DNA of 64,000 nucleotides from Veleropilina oligotropha (Eukaryota): NCBI GenBank assembly GCA_048128005.1, contig JBEUKZ010000112.1, positions 372,001 to 436,000 of the forward strand, read 5' to 3'. Shown piece by piece: positions 35,105 to 44,418 of this stretch (position 1 is its first letter; each line of letters starts with the position of its first letter). The notes under the pieces were generated by a model. It saw only the letters and a program-made list of their open reading frames with translations, ran no database searches and was not told where the DNA came from. The position numbers and the translations under genes were made by a program.

Positions 35105-35625
35105 GATGGTGTAATGGATAAGAGAGCGGCTCCCAATTCACCTGCCTGACTGCTCTGATTACCAGGATCGGGTCTCAATCACCAGCCCTGTCTGACTGCT
35201 CTGATTACCAGGATCGGGTCTGAATCACCGGCCCTGTCTGACTGCTCTGATTACCAGGATCGGGTCTCAATCACCGGCCCTGCCTGACTGCTCTGACTAC
35301 CAGGATCGGGTCTCAATCACCGGCCCTGTCTGACTGCTCTGATTACCAGGATCGGGTCTCAATCACCGGCCCTGTCTGACTGCTCTGATTACCAGGATCG
35401 GGTCTGAATCACCGGCCCTGCCTGACTGCTCTGATTACCAGGATCGGGTCTGAATCACCGGCCCTGCCTGACTGCTCTGGTTACCAGGATCGGGTCTGAA
35501 TCACCGGCCTGGGTATTGTGTTCAATAAACAGTCATTAACAGTTTCGATAACTTGTTGGTGATGTCTAGTTTTCCCGGGCAACCAGGCTTTCCTCCCATG
35601 ATAATACGGATGTGTCATTGTATGA
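35105..35625 (+). mobile_element. Degenerate tRNA-derived SINE with an internal 46-bp tandem amplification
   Basis: A-box-like TGGTGTAATGG at ~35107; downstream core ttttcccgggcaaccaggctttcctcccatgataatacgga resembles the SINE at 7887-8145. Confidence 0.6.
35141..35508. repeat. 46-bp minisatellite, 8 copies
   Basis: Unit cctgyctgactgctctgattaccaggatcgggtctsaatcaccggc. Confidence 0.92.
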
Positions 35626-35732
35626 ATGCATGGTGTTATAAATGAGACTTTAACTTGTTTAAGCATAAAGCCAAACAAACACAACAGAGCCAGCGCAGAT
35701 AGTACTACTGAATTTCGATTACATGCCACTTT

Positions 35733-36462
35733 TAAACCACCTGACCACCAGAGAGGCCACCACTAACAGACAAAAGTAAACCACCCGACCACCACTAACA
35801 GACAAAAGTAAACCACCTGACCACCAGAGAGGCCACCACTAACAGACAAAAAGTAAACCACCCGACCACCAGAGAGGCCACCACTAACAGACAAAAGTAA
35901 ACCACCCGACCACCAGAGAGGCCACCACTAACAGACAAAATAAACCACCTGACCACCAGAGAGGCATCCACTAACAGACAAAAGTAAACCACCCGACCAC
36001 CAGAGAGGCCACCACTAACAGACAAAAGTAAACCACCTGACCACCAGAGAGGCCACCACTAACAGACAAAAGTAAACCACCCGACCACCAGAGAGGCCAC
36101 CACTAAGACAAAAGTAAACCACCCGACCACCAGAGAGGCCACCACTAACAGACAAAAGTAAACCACCTGACCACCAGAGAGGCCACCACTAACAGACAAA
36201 AGTAAACCACCCGACCACCAGAGAGGCCACCACTAAGACAAAAGTAAACCACCCGACCACCAGAGGCCACCACTAACAGACAAAAGTAAACCACCCGACC
36301 ACCAGAGAGGCCACCACTAAGACAAAAGTAAACCACCCGGCCACCAGAGAGGCCACCACTAAGACAAAAGTAAACCACCCGACCACCAGAGAGGCCACCA
36401 CTAACAGACAAAAGTAAACCACCCGACCACCAGAGAGGCCACCACTAACAGACAAAAGTAAA
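35733..36462. repeat. 44-bp (and 41-bp variant) minisatellite, ~17 copies
   Basis: Unit aaaccacccgaccaccagagaggccaccactaacagacaaaagt. Confidence 0.92.
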
Positions 36463-38789
36463 CTGCGATGCTTCCAGTGCCAGGGGATGGAATTAAGACA
36501 AATGTAATTTTCACATTTGAACCAAGAGTGGTGTCAATTTGTATAAAATATATGCAGTGATTACAGAAAAATGCATTAAAGAATATCAATATTTATCAGA
36601 TTGTGCTTAATTGCCTTAATTACGTCCATAAATATTTACGACACAAATACCTGTGCTCTCTGAGCTTGTTTAGTGAAGAAGCCCAAGGCTTGCAGTATGA
36701 CAGGAATGCAGAGAAGGAAAAAGAAGGGCGTTATACACTGAAAGTCTGAGCCAAGTATAACATGTACCCGCTCAGGCGTGCACTCATTTCTGTAGCCAGT
36801 GGTTAATTTTGCCACAGGTGCTAGCTGTAAATTTACCTGTAATTGTCTCTGGAATAAGTGAAGGGCTTTGGTGTGTGAGGACTGTGACCTATTCACCTGT
36901 GCATTACAGTATAAAAAGCATACACCCTATAAAGAACACATCCACATTAATGTCATCCGCACTTGAATTGTGGGCCCATTCCTTTTAATGAATGAATCCC
37001 CTCTTGGATAAAAGCATATAAATTATAATTCCATTTAGCCAAGTGTTAATTAGGATTAGTTATCACAACAAGAAGTCAAGGCAGAACATATAATTAACTT
37101 TTCTAAATAACAGCCTGACATGACAATAAATGTGATTTTCAATATAATTTAATGTACTTTTCCGGTTTAAAAGTGTTTTGACAATTTTCCATTTATGGTC
37201 ACATGCTGGTCAATATAAAATTTAAATAAAGTAAAATTTTCCATTGATGGCTACATGCTGGTCAATATAAAATATAAATAACTAAAGTGCAAGCTAAATA
37301 TTAACAAGCAATTTGTCTGAAATTGTAAAATATTAATCTGCAACCGAACTGATATAGATTATTATATCAGTAACTTATATGATTATATTATTTACTGTCA
37401 GTAAATTTTACCACATATGTTCAATATCAAGCGGCTTGTAATCTGTAATGTCATCATAATAATTAAGTCACAGGATATTAAGGAGAAACAAAGTATGTTT
37501 TAAGATTCATTTCAGTCTGTCATTTATATAAACAAGTCACAACTTTTTCAAGCTTGTTTAAAACGAACAAGAAGTCTAATACGACATATTTTCCAAAGGC
37601 TGGATAAAGGCAGGATTAAACTCACGTAATAATTAAATATTAATATTTATTTTGTATAGCATATAAAATCCCCAAAAGATGTTAAATCACTTCCCATACG
37701 TGGTCGTAATACGGTACTCACAAATTTTAAATTATTACAGTATAATGTATATTTATATATGGACAAAACATTGTTTGATCCTACTAATCTTCGAAATATA
37801 ATTTAAATATACGAGTCTCAATTAGATTTACATGCAGTCAGGCTGGTGACAGATCACAAAGAAAGTGGCATGCTTTAATGCACATGATTATTTGTTAAGA
37901 TTGATTCAGATTATAATATTTGTTACTACTTATTTTTAAGGGTATTTATTATGACATTAAATGAGAAAATGGAATAAACTATATAAGTAATGAATTGTTA
38001 AAATTAGATCTGGTTTATAAATAACTGTTGTTCACGTTCATCATATAAACAAATGTAATACATGTAGCTATTATAAAATGTTCTTCAAACCTGAAATTTC
38101 ATCAACTCGCATAGTCGTCTCCAATAGTTTATATTATACCGCTTCATGCTTCTAAATACGAATACAGTTGTATGAATTTATTCATGTGAAAGTATGTCTT
38201 AGGAGGACTTAATTATCCGTGCACAGTCACGCTTCTAAAAATAGTTCCAAATATTGTTTGGTTGACAAGCATTACTCGAGTCAATCATCACCCACTCGTG
38301 CAATCGGCGTAGTAAAAAACTGTAAGTAGTAGACACGTGTTACAACTGCTCTCGGCGTGCGCATTGTGTCGCTAAGACCGACGTACACATGAACACACCT
38401 TAATGTAGATTGCTATCCATGGTTTGGGCTGAATAACTGTGTTCCAACAATGCATTGAATAGGAAATATTTGAATTATTTTGAGTTATAAATAAATGGTA
38501 TCCATTGGATATTGTTATATCAATATTAATAGCCGTATGCAGGTGTGTCATCTAATACCCACTCTGTAAACCGAGGATACAATTTACATCAAAAATGTAT
38601 TTTTAAATTATCTATATTAGTAGTAGCAATATTTGTGGTAGTTATTTATAGACGTATTAAAAAATAAAAAACAAAGAATTTTCAATATATTAAATAGATC
38701 AAAAGTCGGACATTAAACGAAATATCAATTTAAAGAATACGATAAATGTTCAGGTTATATAAGTTATTTATTTTTATTAACTATACAGC

Positions 38790-38930
38790 AGCAGCAGGGG
38801 GGGTCAGTAGACTTTTTAGAATGGGAAAATAAAGCTCCCAGCACCTTTTCAGAATTAATATGGATCTCAACTCAGCAGCAGGGAGGGTGATTGGACTCTA
38901 ATAGAATGGGAAAATACGGCTCCCAGCACC
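38790..38930. repeat. Left terminal inverted repeat
   Basis: Reverse complement of 55328-55468 with one mismatch (aaaatacggc vs aaaatgcggc). Confidence 0.95.
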
Positions 38931-39121
38931 CGTTCCGAGCTAGGGTAGCTTAGAGTAGGGATGAATGCACCTTTTCCGACCCAACGTAGACTATATAGAG
39001 CCCCCGGGGACGGCCCACTACCCGAGCTGTGGCATCGAGAAATCCAAAAAAATCTCAACTTGAAAACACATCTAAATAATGGTGTAGGGGAGATAACTTC
39101 GCTATAACTTTCTTGATATAC

Positions 39122-39478
39122 ACTTCCGGAGTTCGCTTTTATCCGTTTCGCCTGTTAATATTGGGAGCTAAGGATCGTGCGATAACTCAAACGTTGCACC
39201 GTTCATTTCTCGCCCAGGAGCCGTCGACCGTTCTGGAAGATGTTACAAACTCGTCAATCGGTCGTCATTTCCCCTAGCCCACTACCGTTTGCGAATTTTT
39301 ACTTTTTCCACTAACTTCCGGGTTTCGCTTTTAGGTGTTTCGCCTGTTAATATTGGAAGCTAAGGATCGTGCGATAGATCCAAAATTGCGTCGTTCATTT
39401 CTCGCCCGGGAACCGTCGACCGTTTGGAAAAACATTACAAACTGTTCAATCGGTAGCCATTTCCGCTAGCCCACCACC
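39122..39478. repeat. Two diverged ~165-bp direct repeats (192-bp period)
   Basis: 39122-39286 and 39314-39478 share acttccgg, gtttcgcctgttaatattgg, agctaaggatcgtgcgata, cgttcatttctcgccc and ccgtcgaccgtt. Confidence 0.85.
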
Positions 39479-39881
39479 CTATTGTTGTCGACTGAAATAC
39501 ATTGCCTCAGTATCAAATGAAGAGTTGACTGGATAATGTGGCAACATTATAATCAAGGGACAGTTAACTAATTAATGATTCGGGATTTAGTTGGCTTACA
39601 ATATCCACACAGTGTTGTAGGTTTCATTTTAATCAACGTAGTCTATGTTGAGAGTTGTCGTGATTTAATATCCACGACATAATCGACGAGACACCATCTC
39701 TCTTGCCTGGCATGGGAACCAGACTATATAAGAAATGTCTCGCTTTACTATTTATGAGGCCCACGACGCAGATGCCACACACTCTCCTCAGCATGCTTTC
39801 GAGTTCTTCGAATTCTGAGGAGGCTGGCCACGTGGCAGAAAATGCGTCGTGGAGGGTCGTGAAGATGGTGGCGCCACCATA

Positions 39882-40147
39882 GGCCAAGAGAAGGTCGTGA
39901 AGACATCCCAGGCTACGGCTGAAATACAAGGGGGCTTCAAGAGGGTGGCCGAGAGAGCCCCCGGGGCCAAGAGAGGGTCGTGAAGACATCCCAGGCTACG
40001 GCTGAAATACAAGGGGGCTTCAAGAGGGTGGCCGAGAGAGCCCCCGGGCCAAGAGAGAGTCGTGAGGACACCCCAGGCTACGGCTGAAATACAAGGGGTC
40101 GTTAAGAGGGTGGTCGAGAGAGGCCCCGGGGCCAAGAGAGGGTCGTG
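39882..40147. repeat. ~83-bp tandem repeat, 3 copies plus a partial copy
   Basis: ggccaagaga... starts at 39882, 39965, 40047 and 40130. Confidence 0.85.
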
Positions 40148-40822
40148 AGGGGGGTGGCCCCGGGGGTGGGTGGCCCGGGGGCGGCCCGGGGGTGGGTGGC
40201 CCGGGGGTGGCCGGGGGTGGCCGAGGGTGGCCCGGGGGTGGGTGGCCCGGGGGTGGTCGGGGGTGGCCCAGGGGTGGGTGGCCCGGGGGTGGCCGAGGGC
40301 GGCCCGGGGGTGGGTGGCCCGGGGGTGGCCCGGGGGTGGCCGAGGGTGGCCCGGGGGTGGCCGAGGGTGGCCCGGGGGTGGGTGGCCCGGGGGTGGTCGG
40401 GGGTGGCCCGGGGGTGGGTGGCCCGGGGGTGGCCGAGGGTGGCCCGGGGGTGGGTGGCCCGGGGGTGGCCCGGGGGTGGCCGAGGGTGGCCCGGGGGTGG
40501 CCGAGGGTGGCCGAGGGTGGTCCGGGGGTGGGTGGCCCGGGGTGGTCGGGGGTGGCCCGGGGGTGGGTGGCCCGGGGGTGGCCGAGGGTGGCCCGGGGGT
40601 GGGTGGCCCGGGGTGGTCGGGGGTGGCCCGGGGGTGGGTGGCCGAGGGTGGGTGGCCCGGGGGTGCCCGGGGGTGGGTGGCCCGGGGGTGGCCGGGGGTG
40701 GTTGGCCCGGGGGTGGGTGGCCCAGGGTTGTTGGCCGAGAGAGGCCCGGGGGTGGTTGGCCGCGGCCAGGGGGTGGGTGGCCGAGGGGTGGCCCGGGGGC
40801 GGTTGGCCGAGAGAGGCCCCGG
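40148..40822 (+). repeat. G-rich array (GGGGGTGGCCC / GGGGGTGGGTGGCCC / GAGGGTGGCC units)
   Basis: Dozens of G3-G5 runs on the + strand with very few A residues. Confidence 0.95.
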
Positions 40823-40872
40823 AAGCCTGAAAAATATGTTTCAAGGCAGGGATTCCCCGAGATCGCAGCTAT

Positions 40873-41313
40873 TTATATAAATATGTAGTTACCGCTTGCT
40901 AGTGTACAGTTGCAGGGCGAGTGTTGTCCTATCTGACTCCATGAACCCATGCACCCTGTCGATAGCATTGAGTAGTAATGCCCATGTTTACCACGGCATA
41001 AGGATGGCTCAGCGCACTCGATGCAGACCACAGTATTTGGGTCAGGAGCCCCCCCCACCCCACACTCATTCTCTCCGATAATAAAATAGTGGCATGACGG
41101 TGGAGAGACATCAGGGGTGGGGTCTCTACCCGGGCGAAGAAGCAAGTTTCTACGTAAGGGGTCAAATCGGGCGTTATACCTGGGATGATTTCGGTACCTA
41201 GTCCACGTATGTTCCAGAATTAATGCAGTGTTGTGTGTCGACGCCTGGGTAGACACACCCCCTAGCCAGCACACCGCGACAATGCACAGTAGCATAGATT
41301 TCATGGATTTCAT
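40873..41313 (-). CDS. Putative secreted cysteine-rich protein (146 aa)
   Basis: Signal-peptide-like MKSMLLCIVAVCWLGGVSTQA, 8 Cys in the C-terminal half, accATGa start context and a TATTAAA ~35 nt upstream. Confidence 0.65.
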   Translation of the reverse strand: MKSMKSMLLCIVAVCWLGGVSTQASTHNTALILEHTWTRYRNHPRYNARFDPLRRNLLLRPGRDPTPDVSPPSCHYFIIGENECGVGGAPDPNTVVCIECAEPSLCRGKHGHYYSMLSTGCMGSWSQIGQHSPCNCTLASGNYIFI

Positions 41314-41395
41314 GGTTGTCCAGATATCACTGTCGATTTCTAGCTTTAATACGGAGGAGGAGCGGGGTAGTCGTGGCTACGCTCAACCTGGATAG

Positions 41396-42031
41396 TTAGT
41401 CGCCAGCTCCGATTTTTTTCAGCAGCTCTGCGCGACCCTCTTTACGACCTCGCTCAATAAGCTCGCTTTGGGTCTGTGAAATCGCGGTGTGCGCCTTCCT
41501 ACTCTTATCCCGGATTGATGCCTTCATGGCTTGGTATTTCTCCATCTCCCCTGTGACCAGTTGGAATTCATCATCAGACATCACCCCGTCCGATAATGCC
41601 TTTGAGACGTGGTCGGTTATGGTATTCAGCTTGCTGTCGGCCAGGACTCGAATCTCGTCGTGTTTCTTAGCCTTCACCCCGAGGCGCCGGCTGATATACT
41701 TTCCACCCATACTAGCGAGCCCACACCCTAATGCCGCTAGTTCCAGCACTAGGACGACCGGGGCGGCTACAATTGTGGACAGTAGACCAATTCCAGCGCT
41801 ACCCATACCAAGTGTGGCGACGACTAGCCCGTTATCTATCCCGTCAACGACGTTAACACCTCGTCGGTACTTTTTATATAATGCAGCCCGTGTGTCCCTC
41901 TCTCGTTCTAATTGTCCCTGAAGCTCATTCACTTTCTGTAGTCGGAAAGACTGTGCCTCCGGAACTTCCGAAGGCACATCGCCACCAAGTTGTGGGTACA
42001 GCGTTGGCGCTGAGGGTTTGTTGTCCATCAT
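41396..42031 (-). CDS. Membrane-active helical protein resembling the adintovirus/Polinton GasderminX family (211 aa)
   Basis: FRLQKVNELQ...LYKKYRR, a hydrophobic hairpin, then KAKKHDEIRVLADSKLNTI...SKALSDG..SDDEF. Its ATG overlaps the upstream stop (ATGA). Confidence 0.7.
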   Translation of the reverse strand: MMDNKPSAPTLYPQLGGDVPSEVPEAQSFRLQKVNELQGQLERERDTRAALYKKYRRGVNVVDGIDNGLVVATLGMGSAGIGLLSTIVAAPVVLVLELAALGCGLASMGGKYISRRLGVKAKKHDEIRVLADSKLNTITDHVSKALSDGVMSDDEFQLVTGEMEKYQAMKASIRDKSRKAHTAISQTQSELIERGRKEGRAELLKKIGAGD

Positions 42032-42378
42032 ACGTGGCTGTATTGTTCCGCCTGTTTGTTTAAAATGTCTACTGTAACGTTCAAATACAGAGTGCCGACC
42101 CACGGGGCCTTGATGACAAAGGCGAGGGTTAACTTATCCGAATCCAGGCTGAGTTTACTTATGGAACATGCCTTGGGGCCCCCGGCCGGCTGGACCGGCG
42201 TCAGGTGGATCATTAGAAGGGCTGGGTTCAACCCGAACCGACCTCTAGTGTTTGGAAACATGAACTCCCTCCTCGCCAGCCCCTTATTGGGCGCTACCCC
42301 ACAATTAAGGACAAAGTGCCACCGGGTCGGGGGGGAAGAGGGCTCGTCTGCAAGCAGGGTCCCGTAGATGCTGCTCAT
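42028..42378 (-). CDS. Hypothetical protein (116 aa)
   Basis: Joined to both neighbours by ATGA start/stop overlaps. Confidence 0.6.
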   Translation of the reverse strand: MSSIYGTLLADEPSSPPTRWHFVLNCGVAPNKGLARREFMFPNTRGRFGLNPALLMIHLTPVQPAGGPKACSISKLSLDSDKLTLAFVIKAPWVGTLYLNVTVDILNKQAEQYSHV

Positions 42379-43115
42379 TGTATCGCAAGGACTGCGGAAA
42401 TAGGCATACCGTGATTGTCAAGCGGTTTACCATCTGAGTCTGTGATGTAAACCTTCAACTCTGTGATTAGCCCGGCCTGTAGTCGCCGGCCGGCGGGATA
42501 GCTATGATAGTGGCCAGCTTCACCGAACATCTGCGACGTGATAGGGACCACCGCGAGAATAGTGCTCGGGGCGCCGTCCTTCACATTGTGCGTTGTACTG
42601 AGCTGCTCCAGGTGAACGTGTAGGGTTGGCGCTATGGCAAACCCGACAGGCTTATTCCCGTCATAAGTCCCAGGGCGTAGCCACTCGGATCTCTCCGGAG
42701 GGGGAGGTGGTTGGCCCTGTACTCCCCGAACCGGTTGGTTCAGATTCCCTGCTTTATCGAGAATAAACGAAGAGAGGTCTAAGCCGAGGAGTTTTCGTAT
42801 ATCGTCGCTTATCGCGAGTCGAGTCCCCTCTGGGACCACGATTCGGGCGAGCCCTGTAGCATGGCTTACATCTAGTTGTAGGTTAACTAGCGACCTCTTC
42901 ATCGTCTTGGCGAGGTCATCGAAGCTGTAGAAACCTGGTGCCACGTCGACCGTGGTATCTGGGGTCTTAAAGAAGGCTCCGGCATGCACGTTGTGCCAGC
43001 CTACCCAATAGTCGAGCGACTGCAAGCTGACACATAGCTTGCCGTCCCGGTTATCAATCGGCTCCAGGAGGGCAACCGCGGTCCCCTCTTGAACGTTTGT
43101 TAATGTGTGGAACAT
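42375..43115 (-). CDS. Minor capsid protein (penton, single jelly-roll)
   Basis: Polinton penton-like pattern VAPGFYS...LLGL...STILAVVP...FG...ITELKVYITDSDGKPLDNHG.PIS..L.I; first ATG at 43115. Confidence 0.75.
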   Translation of the reverse strand: MFHTLTNVQEGTAVALLEPIDNRDGKLCVSLQSLDYWVGWHNVHAGAFFKTPDTTVDVAPGFYSFDDLAKTMKRSLVNLQLDVSHATGLARIVVPEGTRLAISDDIRKLLGLDLSSFILDKAGNLNQPVRGVQGQPPPPPERSEWLRPGTYDGNKPVGFAIAPTLHVHLEQLSTTHNVKDGAPSTILAVVPITSQMFGEAGHYHSYPAGRRLQAGLITELKVYITDSDGKPLDNHGMPISAVLAIQ

Positions 43116-43122
43116 AGTAGCT

Positions 43123-44418
43123 ATGGCTAAGAGCGCATTTGTGTTCAATAGGAGTGCGGCCTATCCGACCGGTGTGGTGTACCCAGCAAAGATCAAAGAT
43201 GAGCAGCTTACGAGACCAAGCATCAATGTGGGTAATAGCTCAACCACTGCATTCGGGGCAGACTACCCCGACGTATTTCAAAAGTATCGCCTCCCTCACG
43301 TCGCTAGTGACGGGCTGATAAGGGCTTGGCACAGCACACCGATGCGGTTCTGGCAGAACAAGGTCAACTTCGCAGTATGGTGTGCCACAACAGGTTCCGG
43401 GATCTCCTCAGAAGACCACTTGAATGCTACTGCAGCCCCCCTCTCCACTGCTGTATTCACCTTCCACGTCTACTATCAGGTCAGAAGGATCTTGACCGAG
43501 ATTCAGGCGCCGCTGCCACAAGACCGGACGTGGGATGCATTCGACACCCCGTATGACCGAAGGGCATATGAAAAGATCTGCAGCGAATTCGGAGTGTCCC
43601 CACATACCGACTGGCGTGTCAAGGGTCCCAACGGCGGACTAGGCACCGCTTACAGCTACTGGACGAACAACGGCTACCACCCCATCGGACGTGAGTATGA
43701 TCCAAGCCGAATGTCCTTCACCAAAGGTACGACCAACACGAATCTGCACGTGGACTACATCGCGCAAGCGCCTGCGCTTCAAAACGGTTGGGCTACTTTT
43801 ATTCTGGACAGGTCGGTGGGATTCACGAGGGCCGGCGTGGAAAGGCTCAATGATTCCATCAGGACCTACGTCTGGGCTATTCTTGGAGCGCAGGCTCAAA
43901 CGCGTGCAAGTATTCTGGGTAGTGGGACGGCATTTGACGCACAGAAACAGTTCCTGGCGAACGTGGAAGACGCCATCGCATCCCCCGTTGACCTCCCTGC
44001 TGCGATCCAACGGTACCAGGACGTTTTGCAGTATGCCAGGTCTAAAGTAGACTTCGTATTCGGCGTCGGCCTTTACATGGCGCCAAGTGACATGCTCCTT
44101 CGGATCGGGCAGGTGGCTGGGTATAACAATGAGATCGTCGTTGCCACGGAAGCCCAGACCCTAGGTCTTAATACTACGGTGAACGCGGCCAATCCTGTGC
44201 CGCACAACGCCACTGGGGAGACTGGAGAAACAGGATTGGTCATCCCACAAGACGCCGTCTTACCCGCAGATGCGGTCACTCCGAAGCATCGTGGCTCTCT
44301 GCCGGCTGTGGCCCCAGTGGCAGCTGTTTCAGCTGGGGCAACCAAACATGACGAGGATAAAACCGCACTTATCGTGGGCGGCATTGTCGTTGGCCTAGCA
44401 TTCATTTGGCTTACGTGA
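43123..44418 (+). CDS. Hypothetical virion-module protein with C-terminal transmembrane anchor (431 aa)
   Basis: Long ORF between the capsid genes, ending TALIVGGIVVGLAFIWLT. Confidence 0.75.
   Translation: MAKSAFVFNRSAAYPTGVVYPAKIKDEQLTRPSINVGNSSTTAFGADYPDVFQKYRLPHVASDGLIRAWHSTPMRFWQNKVNFAVWCATTGSGISSEDHLNATAAPLSTAVFTFHVYYQVRRILTEIQAPLPQDRTWDAFDTPYDRRAYEKICSEFGVSPHTDWRVKGPNGGLGTAYSYWTNNGYHPIGREYDPSRMSFTKGTTNTNLHVDYIAQAPALQNGWATFILDRSVGFTRAGVERLNDSIRTYVWAILGAQAQTRASILGSGTAFDAQKQFLANVEDAIASPVDLPAAIQRYQDVLQYARSKVDFVFGVGLYMAPSDMLLRIGQVAGYNNEIVVATEAQTLGLNTTVNAANPVPHNATGETGETGLVIPQDAVLPADAVTPKHRGSLPAVAPVAAVSAGATKHDEDKTALIVGGIVVGLAFIWLT

Noticed and set aside
35141..36462. Regular repeats that look like a CRISPR array
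   Set aside because: Head-to-tail units with no unique spacers, no cas genes and a eukaryotic context; these are minisatellites and their ORFs are artefacts.
36636..36896. 86-aa minus-strand ORF as an upstream host exon
   Set aside because: Non-ATG start, weak splice signals and no motif support.
38775..38790. Canonical 6-bp Polinton target-site duplication
   Set aside because: The flanks (ctatac vs acatag, or tataca vs tacata) do not match; only an ambiguous TACA is shared.
39633..40135. Minus-strand ORFs across the 83-bp repeats
   Set aside because: Non-ATG starts, and the frame shifts with each repeat unit; a short real gene at 39633-39880 cannot be excluded but is unsupported.
40020..40888. 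Pro-rich and Gly/Trp-rich ORFs (212-274 aa) on both strands
   Set aside because: They follow from a G/C repeat array that almost lacks stop codons; most have non-ATG starts and several frames are open at once.
42056..42367. Plus-strand 103-aa ORF
   Set aside because: Shadow of the minus-strand ORF 42028-42378, which is supported by ATGA coupling at both ends.
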